From the IMG/VR virus record IMGVR_UViG_3300028601_000785: a stretch of DNA of 31,480 nt; one strand, 5' to 3'. Position numbers and translations under genes: made by a program. The notes under the pieces were generated by a model. That model was not told the origin of the DNA. It ran no database searches and saw only the letters and a program-made list of their open reading frames with translations. This document shows, one piece after another, positions 14,554 to 23,800 of this stretch. The DNA is from a virus. Every line of letters starts with the position of its first letter. The stretch's first letter is position 1.

Positions 14554-15511
14554 AAAATCAGGCCGCCAGCCCCTCACATCCGAACACTACGAAAAGGAAA
14601 TGCGGTCCCTCTATCCAGCCGTGCAGCTCCTGAAAGCATATTGTGAAGCAAATCCAGAGGATGCCGAGACACTGAAGGAGCTTGAAAAAAAAAGAGGTTC
14701 CCTTCGTTGGTATAGAAATTGTTGGGCTGAACGATCAAAAGTTACTGTTTATGTTGATGGCAGAGAACAGCTTCCAAATTCCGCTGATGAACTCGGCTAC
14801 CCCACCGAACAAACCCCACAATATGATAAGAAGAAATGGCCTTACTACTCAGTAGGGGACTATGTGGCACACGTTCAGGGGGTGGGTTGGTATCCAGTTT
14901 GCCGGGAACGTAAGAGCTTAAACGATCTGTATGGAACCCTGATGGATGAGGACCACAGAAAGAACCTGTATGAAGAGTTTGGGCGGTTCTCAGGTGACAA
15001 AAGGTTTACTATTTTTAGATTTGATCTCGAATGCACAGAGGATGAATTTTATAATTATCTCCCTCAGTGGCCTAAACAGTGCCGTTTTTGCGAAGTTAAA
15101 CGGATAAAAACCGAAGATGGAGATTATTGGTGTCCTCGGTCACATGAATTATTCCCGGTTAGAGATAATACCCCTGATTTTAGATGTCATACTGGATTCA
15201 AGGAACGAAAGAGGTACACTGTAGACGTTCAGAGAATCAGGTCCACCCAGCATAAAATAATCATGCAGTGTCAGGAACTCGGGATGCAGATAATTTGGAG
15301 AGGCAGCCGGGAGGCAGCATATGAAGCGTATAGGCCGGGGGTAGAGGAATGGTTGAAGCTGAATTATGTAGAGCTCCTGAAGCTCGATGAGGCTCCATAT
15401 AATGACCGTGTTGCAATTGAAAACAAGATTGCTGAGTGTGAGGTTAATCTGTTTGCTTTGAGGGCTTCACTTGCGAGAATTGAAAAAACTCCGGAAGAGG
15501 TGGAAGCATGA
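14543..15511 (+). CDS. ERCC4 (XPF/Mus81-type) structure-specific nuclease with a Cys-rich insertion
   Basis: VYVDGREQ...VGDY...ERKSLNDL is the ERCC4 core (V-D-x-RE, GD, ERK-x3-D). Confidence 0.8.
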   Translation: MPPKKSGRQPLTSEHYEKEMRSLYPAVQLLKAYCEANPEDAETLKELEKKRGSLRWYRNCWAERSKVTVYVDGREQLPNSADELGYPTEQTPQYDKKKWPYYSVGDYVAHVQGVGWYPVCRERKSLNDLYGTLMDEDHRKNLYEEFGRFSGDKRFTIFRFDLECTEDEFYNYLPQWPKQCRFCEVKRIKTEDGDYWCPRSHELFPVRDNTPDFRCHTGFKERKRYTVDVQRIRSTQHKIIMQCQELGMQIIWRGSREAAYEAYRPGVEEWLKLNYVELLKLDEAPYNDRVAIENKIAECEVNLFALRASLARIEKTPEEVEA

Positions 15512-15720
15512 GCCCCTCTTCCATTGACGAAACTGCCGCGAAGGTCCATGCGGAATTCATCAGAGAAAAGACCGCACAGGGATATCACATCCCCCCTGAA
15601 TGTCCGGTGTGGTTAGAATCTCCACTCAGGGAACTCTGGCCGGAAAGAGAGAAGAATTTACACTGTGGGAAGTGTTTGAACGCGCTTTATCCTTTGTATG
15701 AAAAGGAGGATTCAAAGTGA
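15508..15720 (+). CDS. Small protein with HCGKC
   Basis: ATGA overlap; CxxC motif. Confidence 0.55.
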   Translation: MSPSSIDETAAKVHAEFIREKTAQGYHIPPECPVWLESPLRELWPEREKNLHCGKCLNALYPLYEKEDSK

Positions 15721-15797
15721 CGTTTTTAGAAAAGTTGGTACGCGGGAATGTAGATGTTACGTTGAAAATGATAGACGGGGAGGGTGAAAACAATAAG

Positions 15798-15822
15798 TAT
15801 ATATACTCATAATACGTATTAT
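15798..15822 (+). promoter_or_regulatory. TATA box followed by a perfect 14-bp palindrome ATAATACGTATTAT (15809-15822)
   Basis: Read directly; upstream of the Zn-ribbon and primase-helicase genes; operator-like position. Confidence 0.55.
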
Positions 15823-15885
15823 AGTACGTGGTATAATAAGTTTCATATCACTGCATAATATGGTCGGGAAAATTGGAGTTGTAAA

Positions 15886-16023
15886 ATGAAGACAGAATAC
15901 ATAACAGAATGCGAATGTTTAAAATGTGGGCACAAATGGATCCCCCGTAAAAAAGGACGCCCTGCACTATGCCCTAATAAACGGTGTCATAGTCCTCATT
16001 GGGACGTTCCAAAAGAACAATAA
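15886..16023 (+). CDS. 45-aa Zn-ribbon protein (CLKCGHKWIPR...CPNKRCHSPHW)
   Basis: Hand translation; the C-x2-CGH-x-W-x-PR...CP..C-x-S-x2-W pattern is common in archaeal viruses; GGAG RBS. Confidence 0.7.
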   Translation: MKTEYITECECLKCGHKWIPRKKGRPALCPNKRCHSPHWDVPKEQ

Positions 16024-16260
16024 TTAACAATTAGTTGAGAAATCCACAGAGATGGAGCGCATAGATAGATGAATCACTCTATAAAAAATGGAATGGGTAA
16101 CTTATATGCTACTCTAAAAACGAGGAAATTTGAAAACCACGACCGCTCACGGCAAAGAACTTTCAAAATACGACAGTGTTCATTGCCGAGGGTTTCACTA
16201 TGGGGATAAACTCAACACCTGGCCGGTTTACGTTCGTTCCAGATCTCGAACCTGATCTGA

Positions 16261-19062
16261 ATGAATACATCGATGCTGAAATCTTTAGAAAGCACTGTTC
16301 GCACTGTAGAGGAAAACGGAGAATACACAAACCGCAGACGTTTAAAAAAGGTGATGGGGATGTCAGTTTATACCGATCCAGAAGAGCTTAAAAAGTTTCA
16401 TATGCTTTTAATGGCTGACGCTCCACGTGGGTACACGCCTTATTATTTTCCACTTGAAAAAAATGGTAAAGACCCGTGGAAAGGCATGTCGTGGAAGCAG
16501 AACAGAAAAACCTTTAATGAAGCTTATAATCTCATGAAACAGGGCTTCAACATTGGTATAGCTGCAATAGATACTGACCCATTAGTAATCGTAGACATCG
16601 ACGATTTAAATCAAATTAAAAGCCATAAGCCCACACTTGAAAACCAATCACGAAAGCGGATAGGAAGGCACTGTTTTTATTTTACTGAAGACACCCCGGC
16701 AAAGTCCATATTTGAAAACTCATCGAAACAGAATATAGCTACAGAGGACGCGGGGGAGGTTCGGTCAAACTGGCAATATGTAGTCGCTGCTGGCTCGTAT
16801 GTCCCGGTGGCCCCGGAAGAATACGGGCTCATACCAGATGAAGATAAACCGAACGCTGGGAAATATTCTGTTATGGTTGAGCACAGCGTTCAATCAATCA
16901 CATACGACGAATTGCCAGAAGCTTATAGAGTATGTCTTGAAAATAAAAGAGCTACAGACATTGCTAACAGAAATAAGAAAAACAAAAGACCTGTCTCCCA
17001 GGATAAAGACGGTAAAAACAAATCTGCATTATGGTCACTTACGATTAACGACGTTACAGGAAAACACGACGATCCAACACATCGTTTCCCTTCTCCTTTT
17101 CATGGATCAAAAACGTACAAGGACACGAGCGTTTCAAATGGAATGTTGCACTGTTGGAGGCACAACGTAAGCCACACTGCATTGACATACATGGCGGTTG
17201 AGTGTGGGCTGTCTACGTGTTCTGGGGCCGGGTTTGGACACAATGGGGCGGGGTCGTCGGATGTAAATTTTGATGATCCGAAAACGGTTTACACAATATG
17301 GTTACATGCAAAAAACCACGGACATATCCCAAACGATGACCCAATACCAGCAAAAGCAATGGTTTACTATGCCCTCCAATCACACATATGTGAAGAAAGC
17401 GAAGTGGTTGACGGGTGGAAGCTCCCAAAAGAAGTATATAACGAAGTGGTAGAGCACGCCCCATTTGATACCGGCAGGGAACGGATCAAGACGAAGACTG
17501 AGAGTATTGGGCAAGCGATCCGAAGCACCGTGCACGACCCGGTGCAGATCGCCCAGGCTCTACAAGACAGCATCCCGATATATTTCGACATCGCTAAAAA
17601 TTATTGGATGTGGAACGACGAGTTGAAGAAATATGACAGGGTGGACGAAACTGAAATAATGTGTCAAATTTCATCGGGTATGGATCTGACAATTTATAAA
17701 TCACAAATGAAACAGGAGATACTCGAAGCTATCAGAATAACTGGTAGAAAAAGACGCGTGCAGCCTACTAAAAAAGAGTGGATCCAGTTTGAAAACACGG
17801 TTGTTAATATTGAAACCGGGGAGAAATTCGAGGCGACACCAGACTATTTTTTCGTTTCTCCGATACCTCATAAACTCGGGACGGCTGAGGAAACTCCTAT
17901 TATAAACACGATGTTCAAAAGTTGGCACAGTGAAAAAGCCGCGCTGCTTTGTGAAATATGTGCTTACTGCATGTATGACGGTTATCCGATTCAGAGAATT
18001 TTTGCGCTGGTTGGTTCAGGGTCGAACGGTAAAGGACAGTTCATGACTCTTTTAAGGCGGTTGGTTGGAATAGAAAACTGTGTAGGAACAGATCTTGATC
18101 GGCTGGCAAAGTCTCAATTTGAAGCATCTAAACTGTACAAGAAGAAAGCGGCGTTCATCGGAGAAACTAACTATAATACACTTTCAAGAACGAACATGTT
18201 AAAAGCTCTGTCGGGCGGTGATCTCGTATCATGTGAATTCAAGGGAAGAGACAGCTTTGATTTTATCAACACTGCAAAAATACTGATTGCTACAAACGGC
18301 TTGCCAGCTACAACCGATAGATCAGACGGGTTCTATCGTAGATGGTCAATAGTTGAATTTAAAAATAAATTCAAAGACGGGAAGGACATAGTAGACGAAA
18401 TTCCAGAAACTGAATATGAAAACCTGTGCATGAAGTGTATAAGGATTTTAAATAGTATGCTGAAAGCCGGAAAAATGTTAAATGAGGAAACACAGGAGGC
18501 ACGAAAGGACAAGTATGAAAGCTTATCGAACCCGGTGCAGGCGTTCGTAAACGACGAGTGTATAGACTCTGACAATTCGTTTGTGCCAATCTGGTACTTG
18601 TATGAGCAGTATGAGAGCTATCGAGAAAAGAGGGGGCATCGAAAGATATCAAAGAACGAATTTACCTCGATACTTCGAAGCATGGACTATGAAACAAACG
18701 CAAAAAAGTACAATGAGGAATTACAAAGTGAATATACAGACACCGTGGATCCAATAGGTAAAAATTGGAAATCTGTGTTCGGGCTGCGTTTGAAGGGTGG
18801 TAACTATAGTACCCCCGAAATAGACACGTATACGGAAACCGAGGCGGCCACTAAAAAGGAAGTTACCACGGTTACCGACGACGTGAGCCCGTTGCAGCTG
18901 ATTGATTCTTTAATAATCGAGTATGTGAAGAAAGAATACCCTAACCATGTGATAAAAGACGAATATGAATTTGAAAGGAAATTTATTAAACAGTGCCCAT
19001 ATTTCGCGGGTTCGATTGTTAGAGCAAGAATGCATGTATTGAGAACGAGAGGGTGGAAATAA
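16261..19062 (+). CDS. Primase-helicase: N-terminal bifunctional PrimPol plus C-terminal D5/P4-family SF3 helicase (alternative start ATG 16360)
   Basis: PrimPol motifs FPL..NGK.P, NIGI, VIVDIDD, G.H.YF; central FHGS...HCWRH metal-binding segment; D5-N region; Walker A GSGSNGKG (Gly in place of S/T), FIGE, ATNGLP, RRW. Confidence 0.92.
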   Translation: MNTSMLKSLESTVRTVEENGEYTNRRRLKKVMGMSVYTDPEELKKFHMLLMADAPRGYTPYYFPLEKNGKDPWKGMSWKQNRKTFNEAYNLMKQGFNIGIAAIDTDPLVIVDIDDLNQIKSHKPTLENQSRKRIGRHCFYFTEDTPAKSIFENSSKQNIATEDAGEVRSNWQYVVAAGSYVPVAPEEYGLIPDEDKPNAGKYSVMVEHSVQSITYDELPEAYRVCLENKRATDIANRNKKNKRPVSQDKDGKNKSALWSLTINDVTGKHDDPTHRFPSPFHGSKTYKDTSVSNGMLHCWRHNVSHTALTYMAVECGLSTCSGAGFGHNGAGSSDVNFDDPKTVYTIWLHAKNHGHIPNDDPIPAKAMVYYALQSHICEESEVVDGWKLPKEVYNEVVEHAPFDTGRERIKTKTESIGQAIRSTVHDPVQIAQALQDSIPIYFDIAKNYWMWNDELKKYDRVDETEIMCQISSGMDLTIYKSQMKQEILEAIRITGRKRRVQPTKKEWIQFENTVVNIETGEKFEATPDYFFVSPIPHKLGTAEETPIINTMFKSWHSEKAALLCEICAYCMYDGYPIQRIFALVGSGSNGKGQFMTLLRRLVGIENCVGTDLDRLAKSQFEASKLYKKKAAFIGETNYNTLSRTNMLKALSGGDLVSCEFKGRDSFDFINTAKILIATNGLPATTDRSDGFYRRWSIVEFKNKFKDGKDIVDEIPETEYENLCMKCIRILNSMLKAGKMLNEETQEARKDKYESLSNPVQAFVNDECIDSDNSFVPIWYLYEQYESYREKRGHRKISKNEFTSILRSMDYETNAKKYNEELQSEYTDTVDPIGKNWKSVFGLRLKGGNYSTPEIDTYTETEAATKKEVTTVTDDVSPLQLIDSLIIEYVKKEYPNHVIKDEYEFERKFIKQCPYFAGSIVRARMHVLRTRGWK

Positions 19063-19200
19063 AGTGGTATATAAAAGATTTCGATTCCGGAATAAACAAG
19101 AAATCCGTGAATGTCGTGGATGTCATTCTTTGTCTAATGCCATAATGAGAGAACTTGCTGAATACAGACTACTTGGAGATAAATACCCGTTCCAGGAGAG

Positions 19201-19404
19201 ATGAAAATGATAGCAGGCTGTAGATATTGTAAACGGGTCGAGAATGACCTCCGTGTGTTTAGTTATTGTGAATTGAGTTTGAGTGGATGTAGTTATAAAA
19301 TAAAATGTGCAGGTTCTTTAAACGAAAAAAAGAACTGCCCCCAATGGGGTCCAACGGTAGCGGCCGAAAAGTATTATCAAAAGAAACTTAAAAATGAAAA
19401 ATGA
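19201..19404 (+). CDS. Small Cys-rich protein
   Basis: Six Cys, including CRYC; GGAG RBS. Confidence 0.55.
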   Translation: MKMIAGCRYCKRVENDLRVFSYCELSLSGCSYKIKCAGSLNEKKNCPQWGPTVAAEKYYQKKLKNEK

Positions 19405-19417
19405 TTGGTGAATAAAA

Positions 19418-19795
19418 ATGAGCGAGCGTTGTTTGAAAAACTTTATAGTAACAGTTGAGTGGGGAGACGAGTTCCCAGCGATGCATTTTTTTCAAGCTGT
19501 GTCGTGGGAAGAACTTGAATGTTCAGACGCGTTTCAGAAAATCAACTTGAGTTATCCAAGTGGACTCGAGATGAAGGTATACCGCGATGTAAATAATGAA
19601 GTTTTCAATGAAAAATTGAAGTGTGCGAAGGAGTTTCAGAAGCTAATAGACAAAAGAAACGATGCTAAAATAAAAGCTTTCAATGAATCTACGGACCGGA
19701 TAGAAAACGAGGGTTCAAAAGTAATTTTAGCAGATTGGAACGAAGGTGTGATCTATAGTATGAAACGCGGGCAATATCGCAATTCGAACCGGTGA
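19418..19795 (+). CDS. Hypothetical protein
   Basis: RBS GGTGA upstream. Confidence 0.65.
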   Translation: MSERCLKNFIVTVEWGDEFPAMHFFQAVSWEELECSDAFQKINLSYPSGLEMKVYRDVNNEVFNEKLKCAKEFQKLIDKRNDAKIKAFNESTDRIENEGSKVILADWNEGVIYSMKRGQYRNSNR

Positions 19796-19802
19796 ATAAT
19801 CT

Positions 19803-19961
19803 CCCAGGTAACTGAGTAACCAAAGTAACCGATGTTTTACTCTATTTTCCTTATAGGAAATCGAAGAGAATATAGAGTTACTACGGTTACCTGAGTTACC
19901 GGGAACTAAAAAAACGATATCAATGAAAACGGTGTAAAATAATTCCGGTAACTCGGGTAAC
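19803..19961. repeat. Candidate replication origin: inverted arrays of GTAAC/GTTAC
   Basis: GTAAC at 19808, 19816 and 19825; GTTAC at 19877, 19886 and 19895; GTAAC again at 19948 and 19957. Arms 19803-29 and 19877-903 are near-perfect inverted repeats around an AT-rich core with inner palindromes. Confidence 0.7.
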
Positions 19962-20334
19962 TTTTAGGAAGTTAAAAAACACAATCGTAAATTTAGACAG
20001 TTGGTGTTAGTTTAAATACTTGTGTGGAATCCAAAAAAACAAAAATGCGAGGAAACATGCAGATACCAATTTCAAAACGAAGAAAAACGCCAAACAAGCC
20101 AAATTTCCTTAACAAATCCCGCTATCAAACTGATGCTCTGATAATGTGCTGTAATGCAGAAGGGGCAGTCGAAGGAGACATTCACAATAGTCCAGATTTG
20201 CAATGACGGATTCAGTTTTTTCAGTATAGAAAAGAGACATTCTGAATTGAATATATATACCATGAATAATCCGTTTAAAAGTCGAGTTATTAAAATGTAG
20301 ATAATGGTCATTCAAATATACAAAGGTGTGAACA

Positions 20335-21285
20335 TTGAAAAAGTGTAGTAAATGCGGAATTGAGAAGGATGCGAGTGAATATAATAAGGATTCAAATCAC
20401 AAAGATGGTTTAAGGTCACGTTGTAATGATTGCAGAGCGGTAGATCGTAAAAAATATCGAGAATCTCATCGAGATCACATCTTAGCTCATAATAAAATAT
20501 ATTATGAGCTAAACAAAGAAACGATTTCAAAGAAGAGGAGGACAAATCCCAGGTCATATCCAGAATCAGATAAACGTTACAGAACCGAACACAAAGAATT
20601 ACTAAAAAAAAGTTACAACGAATGGAGAAATGAAAACAGTGCGAATATTTCAAAAGTTCGAAAAGAATGGAGAGATAATAACAAAGAACATATAATAAAC
20701 TATAAAAAAAATTGGATCGAAAATAACAAAGACCGTTGGAACGAATCTACAAACAAATGTAAATACAACAAGAGGCGGGATAGAGTGCCACAAATGACTA
20801 TAAACGATACTGTTATTATTCAAAAAGCATTTGAACTGAGGGGTGTTGGTCTATTTGTTTCAGAAATTTCAAAAAGGCTATCTGAAGAAACCGGGACTAA
20901 AATCACTCAGATGGCACTGTGGAGACTATTCGACTCCCTTAAAGAAGAACCACAAAAAGAACTTTTAGAATCTGATTATCCATCACTCGATGATTACTCC
21001 TATATATTCAATAAAAAATTCCAGAAAGAAAAAACATCTACGCTCTTAACACATGATGGGATAACCATGAGAAGAGACTTGATGATAAGGATATTAAACA
21101 ACTATTACAAAACAGAATTCACTTATAATGAAGTGAAAAAAGAATGCAATGACAGAGTAGGGGATGAAAACTTTCTTGCGCATTGGAAACACCTGTTAGC
21201 TTTTCACTTCATAGAACAAGTAGACGATTATAAATTTAAATTCTGTGATAGAGTTAAAAAATGGAAGACATTCGGGCAGGTATAA
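20335..21285 (+). CDS. DNA-binding protein: homing-endonuclease-type N-terminal Zn finger and basic repeats plus HTH/winged-helix C-terminus; no HNH motif seen
   Basis: KKCSKCGIEK...F/YNK...KDGL.S.C.DC; K/R/Y/W-rich helical repeats; VSEISKRLSEETGTKITQMALWRL is HTH-like. Confidence 0.65.
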   Translation: MKKCSKCGIEKDASEYNKDSNHKDGLRSRCNDCRAVDRKKYRESHRDHILAHNKIYYELNKETISKKRRTNPRSYPESDKRYRTEHKELLKKSYNEWRNENSANISKVRKEWRDNNKEHIINYKKNWIENNKDRWNESTNKCKYNKRRDRVPQMTINDTVIIQKAFELRGVGLFVSEISKRLSEETGTKITQMALWRLFDSLKEEPQKELLESDYPSLDDYSYIFNKKFQKEKTSTLLTHDGITMRRDLMIRILNNYYKTEFTYNEVKKECNDRVGDENFLAHWKHLLAFHFIEQVDDYKFKFCDRVKKWKTFGQV

Positions 21286-21338
21286 CACACGGTCATTATA
21301 ATAACTCTAAACGTCATTAATCCAACAGGTGTAAATAA

Positions 21339-21632
21339 ATGCCACGGTATTACAAATATCTCCCCTGGTTCATTCTCGAAAGAAAACTAAACAAAATAGA
21401 TCCGTTTTATGCGGATAAAGTGACCGTCGGAAAAGAGGACCACGAGATAGTTCTCCTGAAAATCTCAGATGGTGTATGGATAGGAACAAATCATTCTGAT
21501 TACTGGAAAATTCAAAAAACCGAAGCAGAAAAGAGAATTAAAGAATATACAAGAAAATTGGAGGAAGCAAATGGCCATCTTCAGGAAGTTCGCGAAGATC
21601 TTACCGTTCTTTGTGCTAAAGAAACTCAATGA
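21339..21632 (+). CDS. Hypothetical protein with a C-terminal coiled coil
   Basis: N-terminus KYLPWFILERKLN resembles that of ORF 21571. Confidence 0.7.
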   Translation: MPRYYKYLPWFILERKLNKIDPFYADKVTVGKEDHEIVLLKISDGVWIGTNHSDYWKIQKTEAEKRIKEYTRKLEEANGHLQEVREDLTVLCAKETQ

Positions 21633-21849
21633 GTGTGCTCCCCGAGGTCCCGTGGTTCTTACGTTCATGAATAAACAAGTATGGGGGGACGACTGGGATG
21701 ACGAACCAACACACCCAACTGCGGAAGTTGACTTTTTTAATTTTTTTGATGGGGTGTATATGTTTAGTGATGAACGGTTCAATCTCGAACTGCAAGAGAA
21801 GAAGTTAGAGAAAAAGCTGGCGTGTGTTAAGAATAAACTTGGGAAATAA
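21571..21849 (+). CDS. Hypothetical protein, probable paralog of 21339
   Basis: KILPFFVLKKLN; GGAGG RBS upstream; 62-nt overlap with the previous ORF. Confidence 0.65.
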   Translation: MAIFRKFAKILPFFVLKKLNECAPRGPVVLTFMNKQVWGDDWDDEPTHPTAEVDFFNFFDGVYMFSDERFNLELQEKKLEKKLACVKNKLGK

Positions 21850-21864
21850 TATGAGGTTCCAAAA

Positions 21865-22185
21865 ATGGTTTATTTTGTTGACGATCCAAATTCAAAATGG
21901 GAACTTGATGTTAGAGCAGATGGTGAACACATAACAATTACGGGGCATAATGGAGCCAGGGAATTAATTAAGTCTTGGTGTGTATCTCCTCCAAATTTCA
22001 TCGAGTCTTTTTTTGGAATAACTTTTGAACGGAAACTGGAAAAGACTAAGAAGAAGGCACAGTTAAAAATAGATAAGCTCAATGAAGCTATTGATAGATC
22101 AAACAAAGTTATAGGAATTAAAAGTTTAGATTTTTCAAATCCTCCACGTGGTGGATCTGGATATCCATCTAAAAAAGATAACTAA
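21865..22185 (+). CDS. Hypothetical protein
   Basis: GAGG RBS; co-directional cluster. Confidence 0.65.
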   Translation: MVYFVDDPNSKWELDVRADGEHITITGHNGARELIKSWCVSPPNFIESFFGITFERKLEKTKKKAQLKIDKLNEAIDRSNKVIGIKSLDFSNPPRGGSGYPSKKDN

Positions 22186-22203
22186 AATCAAGAGGGTCTC
22201 AAA

Positions 22204-22467
22204 ATGATTTTCAACCCCACAAATAACCAACTCTCCCATGAGAGCCTAAACAAATTAATCTCAAAACTTGAAACCACAGTGCCGAACTTTCCACAATTGG
22301 AAGGTAAAACGGTATCATATGACTATGAAGCAGATATAATCTCGTTGACCTGGGATGATGGGTATCAAGTTTCTGAAGATCATGGATGGTATGTTTTGGA
22401 TTTTAATTTTGATCAGGAGATAATTGGAATTGAGCTTTTACATTTCAACCCGGAGGAAGGTGATTAA
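22204..22467 (+). CDS. DUF2283-like protein
   Basis: YDYEADIISL......S......VLDF...QEIIGIELL fits the DUF2283 YD-x-E-x-D...D...G-x-E-I/L pattern. Confidence 0.7.
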   Translation: MIFNPTNNQLSHESLNKLISKLETTVPNFPQLEGKTVSYDYEADIISLTWDDGYQVSEDHGWYVLDFNFDQEIIGIELLHFNPEEGD

Positions 22468-22558
22468 ATATGGATGGTGTGCCAGTTTTGATGTGGGGTC
22501 AGTTATAATTTAAGTACGGTGGCTCTACACATCATCACTTTACAAAAAAGGTATTATT

Positions 22559-22595
22559 CTCAGGCAAGTTGAATTCGCATTTCATCTTGCCCGAG
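22559..22595. other. Imperfect hairpin in a non-coding gap
   Basis: CTCAGGCAAG/CTTGCCCGAG outer stem (one mismatch) plus a TGAA/TTCA inner stem. Confidence 0.45.
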
Positions 22596-22731
22596 TAAGA
22601 TTATTGAGTGCCACAATAAAATTATGGGTCCTCATCAAGACTCTAAGATAGTATTCATCATTATGATATATATAATTCTCCACGACTTCCGGGGATATCG
22701 GGGTTGAATGGACTGAGCGAGCTATTAAGAG

Positions 22732-22995
22732 GTGCAAACAATGTCATTAACAGAAACCACCATGGGCATACTGAAATCGCTTAATTATAACCCAACCGCA
22801 ACTAAAAAAGGCAATTTTAACAATATTTCGTTTACATGTTTTGGTTTTAATTCCTTTCCGACAGAACATAAAAACGTAGTCAGGACTGTAGCAGGAGATC
22901 AGTTATCTGAGTTTTATTACGAGATGAATACTCAGCATATTATTTTAAAGGACAATCCAAACCAGGAGGAATTAAAACCATGCCAACTTTTCTAA
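22732..22995 (+). CDS. Hypothetical protein
   Basis: ORF track; GAGGTG RBS just before the ATG at 22741. Confidence 0.55.
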   Translation: MQTMSLTETTMGILKSLNYNPTATKKGNFNNISFTCFGFNSFPTEHKNVVRTVAGDQLSEFYYEMNTQHIILKDNPNQEELKPCQLF

Positions 22996-23377
22996 AAGAT
23001 TCCAAATCATTCATGAGTTACAATTCCCGTAATATAACGGGTAAAATATCGTTTTGGATTCAATATCCACGGGCTTATTATAGGTATATTAAATTGATGT
23101 ATTTTGATAAAGGCGTTAAAGGAATGTTATTATTGAGAAAACAATCAGAGGAACATAAATGATACTAAAAATCTGGTACTGTGATGAAATTAAAAGGAAG
23201 ATCACGCCGGCATGAAAACTGTTTACATCTTAGCTGGGAAATCTCATCATACCATTGTTCCAGTCGTCATACATGATGGGTATTCATTAATTGACATTTT
23301 CATAATCTCATTTTCGTTACTATGTTTAATTTCAATGGCATGGATTGTATTAATAAATCGAAAAAGGTGTATCTAAA

Positions 23378-23800
23378 ATGGATTTCAGTAAAGCACTTGA
23401 AGCCTTGAAAGCAGGCACGAAAGTAAGAAGACACTCTCTTCCGATCAAACATTTTTTTGAAATACTCCCTATACAACAAATGGATCTTTCTTTTAAGCGC
23501 GTTCTCCTAATCACTACAATAACAGATACTGGAAATTTCTCAGAAAATTATACATTAACTGATGATGATATATTTTCTGATGATTGGAAAATAATAGAAG
23601 ACACACCAGAACAACCCCTCACTCCAAAAACACACGGTATCAATTCCTATTCCCTTTGGCTCAACAATAAAATATCCGAATATAACTCAGCAATCCAGAG
23701 TTGCATAGAAGTCAGAGAGTATGACAGGGCTGCGGTATTAGCAAAAGAACGGGATGGATATAATATGTGTTTAAGTGCTTTTGAAAAGATGGTGATATAA
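23378..23800 (+). CDS. DUF2829 / Tad2 (Thoeris anti-defence 2)-like protein with a C-terminal extension
   Basis: MDFSKALEALKAGTKVRR...LTDDDIFSDDWKII matches the family signatures MxFxxALxALKxGxKVxR and DxLxxDWxI. Confidence 0.75.
   Translation: MDFSKALEALKAGTKVRRHSLPIKHFFEILPIQQMDLSFKRVLLITTITDTGNFSENYTLTDDDIFSDDWKIIEDTPEQPLTPKTHGINSYSLWLNNKISEYNSAIQSCIEVREYDRAAVLAKERDGYNMCLSAFEKMVI

Noticed and set aside
17995-18045. Inactive helicase because Walker A reads GKG instead of GKS/T
   Set aside because: The other SF3 motifs are intact and, as I recall, GKG variants occur in D5/P4-family proteins; this is not enough to call it a pseudogene.
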